DNA of 63,998 bases, counting the filler, from Asterionella formosa (Eukaryota): the NCBI GenBank assembly GCA_002256025.1. It is 18 parts of 18 records of this genome, joined end to end, with 100 filler letters (N's around TTAATTAATTAA, not from the genome) between each part and the next. Parts side by side here need not be neighbours in the genome. Positions count along the whole stretch, not along the records: positions 60,635 to 63,998 come from NKIB01014206.1; 17 more parts are not named here. One strand, written 5' to 3'. Position 1 is the first letter of the stretch. Each line of letters starts with the position of its first letter. Below the pieces are notes generated by a model. That model made no database searches and was not told the origin of the DNA. It saw only the letters and a program-made list of their open reading frames with translations. This document shows, piece by piece, positions 61,554 through 63,998 of this stretch. Made by a program: the position numbers and the translations under genes.

Positions 61554-63149
61554 GTTGATATTTAGTTTAATTTTTTACTTCAATCCCATTTCATACCATG
61601 TTGTATCGTGGTAGAATTTCTTGGAAAATACCATGGCATACTGCAGGGTTCCATTGGTCCGTTGGTAGAATATTCTACCAAAATGTGAAAAAAAATTCTA
61701 CCCCCAGTACTACTGGGTAGAATTTTTGCCTTTGCCTATACCATATTTTCACCACGGTCAAGCAAGGGAGGGGTACCGGACAGTATTGACCTGTCCAGAG
61801 TAGAACACTACCGGAGCCCTGCAGAAAAATACTACTTTGGTAGAATTTCGTCAATAATGTAGAAGTACATTTTACTCCACAATTGGAACCAGGAAAGGTC
61901 CGGTAAAACACGTGTGTCATCAGGAAAGGTTAAGCTAAATATCTCGATTTCCGGACCTTGCAGGTAATTTCAGTTAGTTACAAGGGTGCGTACCGGTACC
62001 CTGGTACTTACTCCACTGACGATGTCGGAGCGAAGATAATTACGGTCGACGAGACATGGTCCCAGGGCCTATGCTTAGGGCCAAGGTACCAGGTACCGCC
62101 CTGGTCACAGGTACTCCAGTTACCTGGTATTGGTACAGTACCAGGTACCCGGTAGGAAGCAGACTTGAAGAAATGCATTTACCGGTACCTGGTACCGGTA
62201 CCAGGTACCACGTACCGGCAGATAAATACAGGAAATGTAGTGATCAAATGTCATTTTCCTTCATCGTGTAGTTACATGTTATAGATAAATAGGTAAAACA
62301 ATACATAAGGAGAGCTACACAGATAATTAATTCATGCATCTCTATTATACAGGTAACAGGTACTGGTACCAGGTACCTCCTACCTCTATTATGATATTGT
62401 AACATCCGGAGAAAAGTTGATTGTACACATGCATGTTCGCTGGCTTATCACCTTGAAACGGTGACGCGTCACCGTCCTCACCCGTTTTATTTGTGGTCAA
62501 AGTTGTCATGCAATCAAAGAATTTGGTATGTATACCGGTTTATGAGTGCTTGTTCATGCATGAATCAGAACGGATAGCAGATACGTACGTACCTTGGATG
62601 ATTAATTTCGCATACCGGTACCAGGTACCGCTAGTCTGAATGGTACATTATGTACGTCATTCTAATGTACCTTTGTCCAGCAAATAATGTACCAGGTACC
62701 GGTTGTAACCCAAGCGCATATACATAAACTTTACAGATAACTTACAAAAAGTCTGTCGTGAATCCTAGATGTAGCATCATTAGTTAGGAAGTGACGTAAT
62801 GTATTAACATCAATGCTATATGCCACATGAGTCCTGGTACTGGTAACAAGAATGAAATGAGAAGCAATGACATTTTGTATTGCGGAACAATCCGTGAAAA
62901 CACTTTTTTACGGTAACCTGATTTCAATATGTCATATTTGCATTGAGCCCAACAAGAATTAACGTTAGCGTTTCGTCATGATTCTTCAGCTTGAACCATG
63001 ATTGGTACGCGATAACGCTACGTAGGTCTTCCCGGGTAGAATTGAGCTACCGGTAACCAAAAGAGCACACTGACCAATTTCGGATTTGACCTTGTGATAC
63101 ACTCCCTGTAGAATTTCTGTAGGAACTTGTATTATTTTTAATTCTTCAA

Positions 63150-63730
63150 GGTGTTGCTTGCTTCAGTGACAAAAACAACAATGGGATGATGAGGAAGGAG
63201 ATGATTATTTTAGTGATGGATTTTACTGGATGTTGTAAATGGAAGCAGCCTGAGAATCACTTGGACTTTCTGATCAATGCAGGCAAGTTTCCTGATTTCA
63301 AGCATAGGGGTCACACAGCTTCTGCATGGAAGACCACCCACTAACGACCTTTTTCTGATAATAATTGAGTAACAGCTCTGCTGGCATGGCAACATAGAAT
63401 CTGCTTGCCAAATCCAAATGAGGGGTTCAGTGTTCTGAAAGCCCATTTTAGCTATGTGTAATGTCAATGAGACTGGTGTGATGGTAAATCTTGGGTTGAT
63501 AAAGGGGGGAGATGGGAGACTTGTCAAAAGAAAACAAGAAAAGAATGCTGATGATTATCTGGACTCAATTCAAATTCTTAGAATCAGCAATGCAGCGGGT
63601 TCCAGTGGTCCATTGATCTTTCATCTGGCAAGAGAATGACATTTAAACCTCTTCAAAATCTTGAGGCTAATTTTGGAGCACCCAGTGGATCTAAAGTTAT
63701 AATGTCCCAATCAGCCACATCTAAGCCGCG
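63150..63730 (+). pseudogene. Degenerate pogo/Tc1-mariner DDE transposase remnant
   Basis: CNVNET (degenerate NxDET) followed by SIQILRISNAAGSSGPLIF, resembling the DDE_1 T.L...NAAG...P..I block. Many stops. Confidence 0.5.
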
Positions 63731-63915
63731 TATTACGTGAAGTGACCATCACATAAATAAGCCTAGTTGATTTTGAATGCATCACATGAATTAGTTGAAT
63801 ACATCAAAATACGTAGTTGAATATATCTATATATTATCTGAATACATCACGTTAAATATTTGATCAAAGTATCATGCATGCATTCCTGATCATCACTATA
63901 TTATGTGATCACGTT

Positions 63916-63998
63916 CACATAATTATTTGAAATACTTCACATAATTATTTGAAATACTTCACATAATTATTTGAAATACTTCACATAATTATTTGAAA
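63916..63998. repeat. 22-bp tandem repeat (CACATAATTATTTGAAATACTT) running to the window end
   Basis: About four copies are visible. Confidence 0.92.

Overview
This is eukaryotic DNA, almost certainly from a diatom. The evidence is an ASAFAP-type plastid presequence, CoDi-type Ty1/copia elements, a CryptonS recombinase, PGRL1 and RxL-motif secreted proteins. The window is not one locus. It is 18 unrelated ~3.46-3.48 kb contigs in decreasing size order, joined by artificial 100-nt linkers (N44-TTAATTAATTAA-N44), so adjacency across linkers has no meaning. Contigs: 1-3475, 3576-7050, 7151-10625 (near-identical copy of the previous one), 10726-14199, 14300-17771, 17872-21343, 21444-24910, 25011-28475, 28576-32039, 32140-35603, 35704-39167, 39268-42730, 42831-46292, 46393-49853, 49954-53414, 53515-56974, 57075-60534, 60635-end. 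Most content is transposon-derived: several copia lineages, CryptonS, a Mutator/Kolobok-like DDE transposase, a pogo-like remnant and MITEs. Host genes include UBE2S, a sulfatase, a GT15-like protein, a PGRL1 copy, secreted Pro/Lys-rich proteins and LRR/ARM repeat proteins. Highlights: (1) a modular LRR + armadillo family whose near-identical DNA repeats vary almost only at predicted ligand-binding positions, a candidate diversifying immune-receptor system; (2) a P2X7-ballast-like domain fused in frame to a DDE transposase; (3) direct evidence that the abundant TACCGGTA/TACCWGGTA motifs are insertions at TA, most likely transposon excision footprints; (4) palindromic candidate recombinase sites at CryptonS ends. 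All family assignments are by eye; no searches were run.
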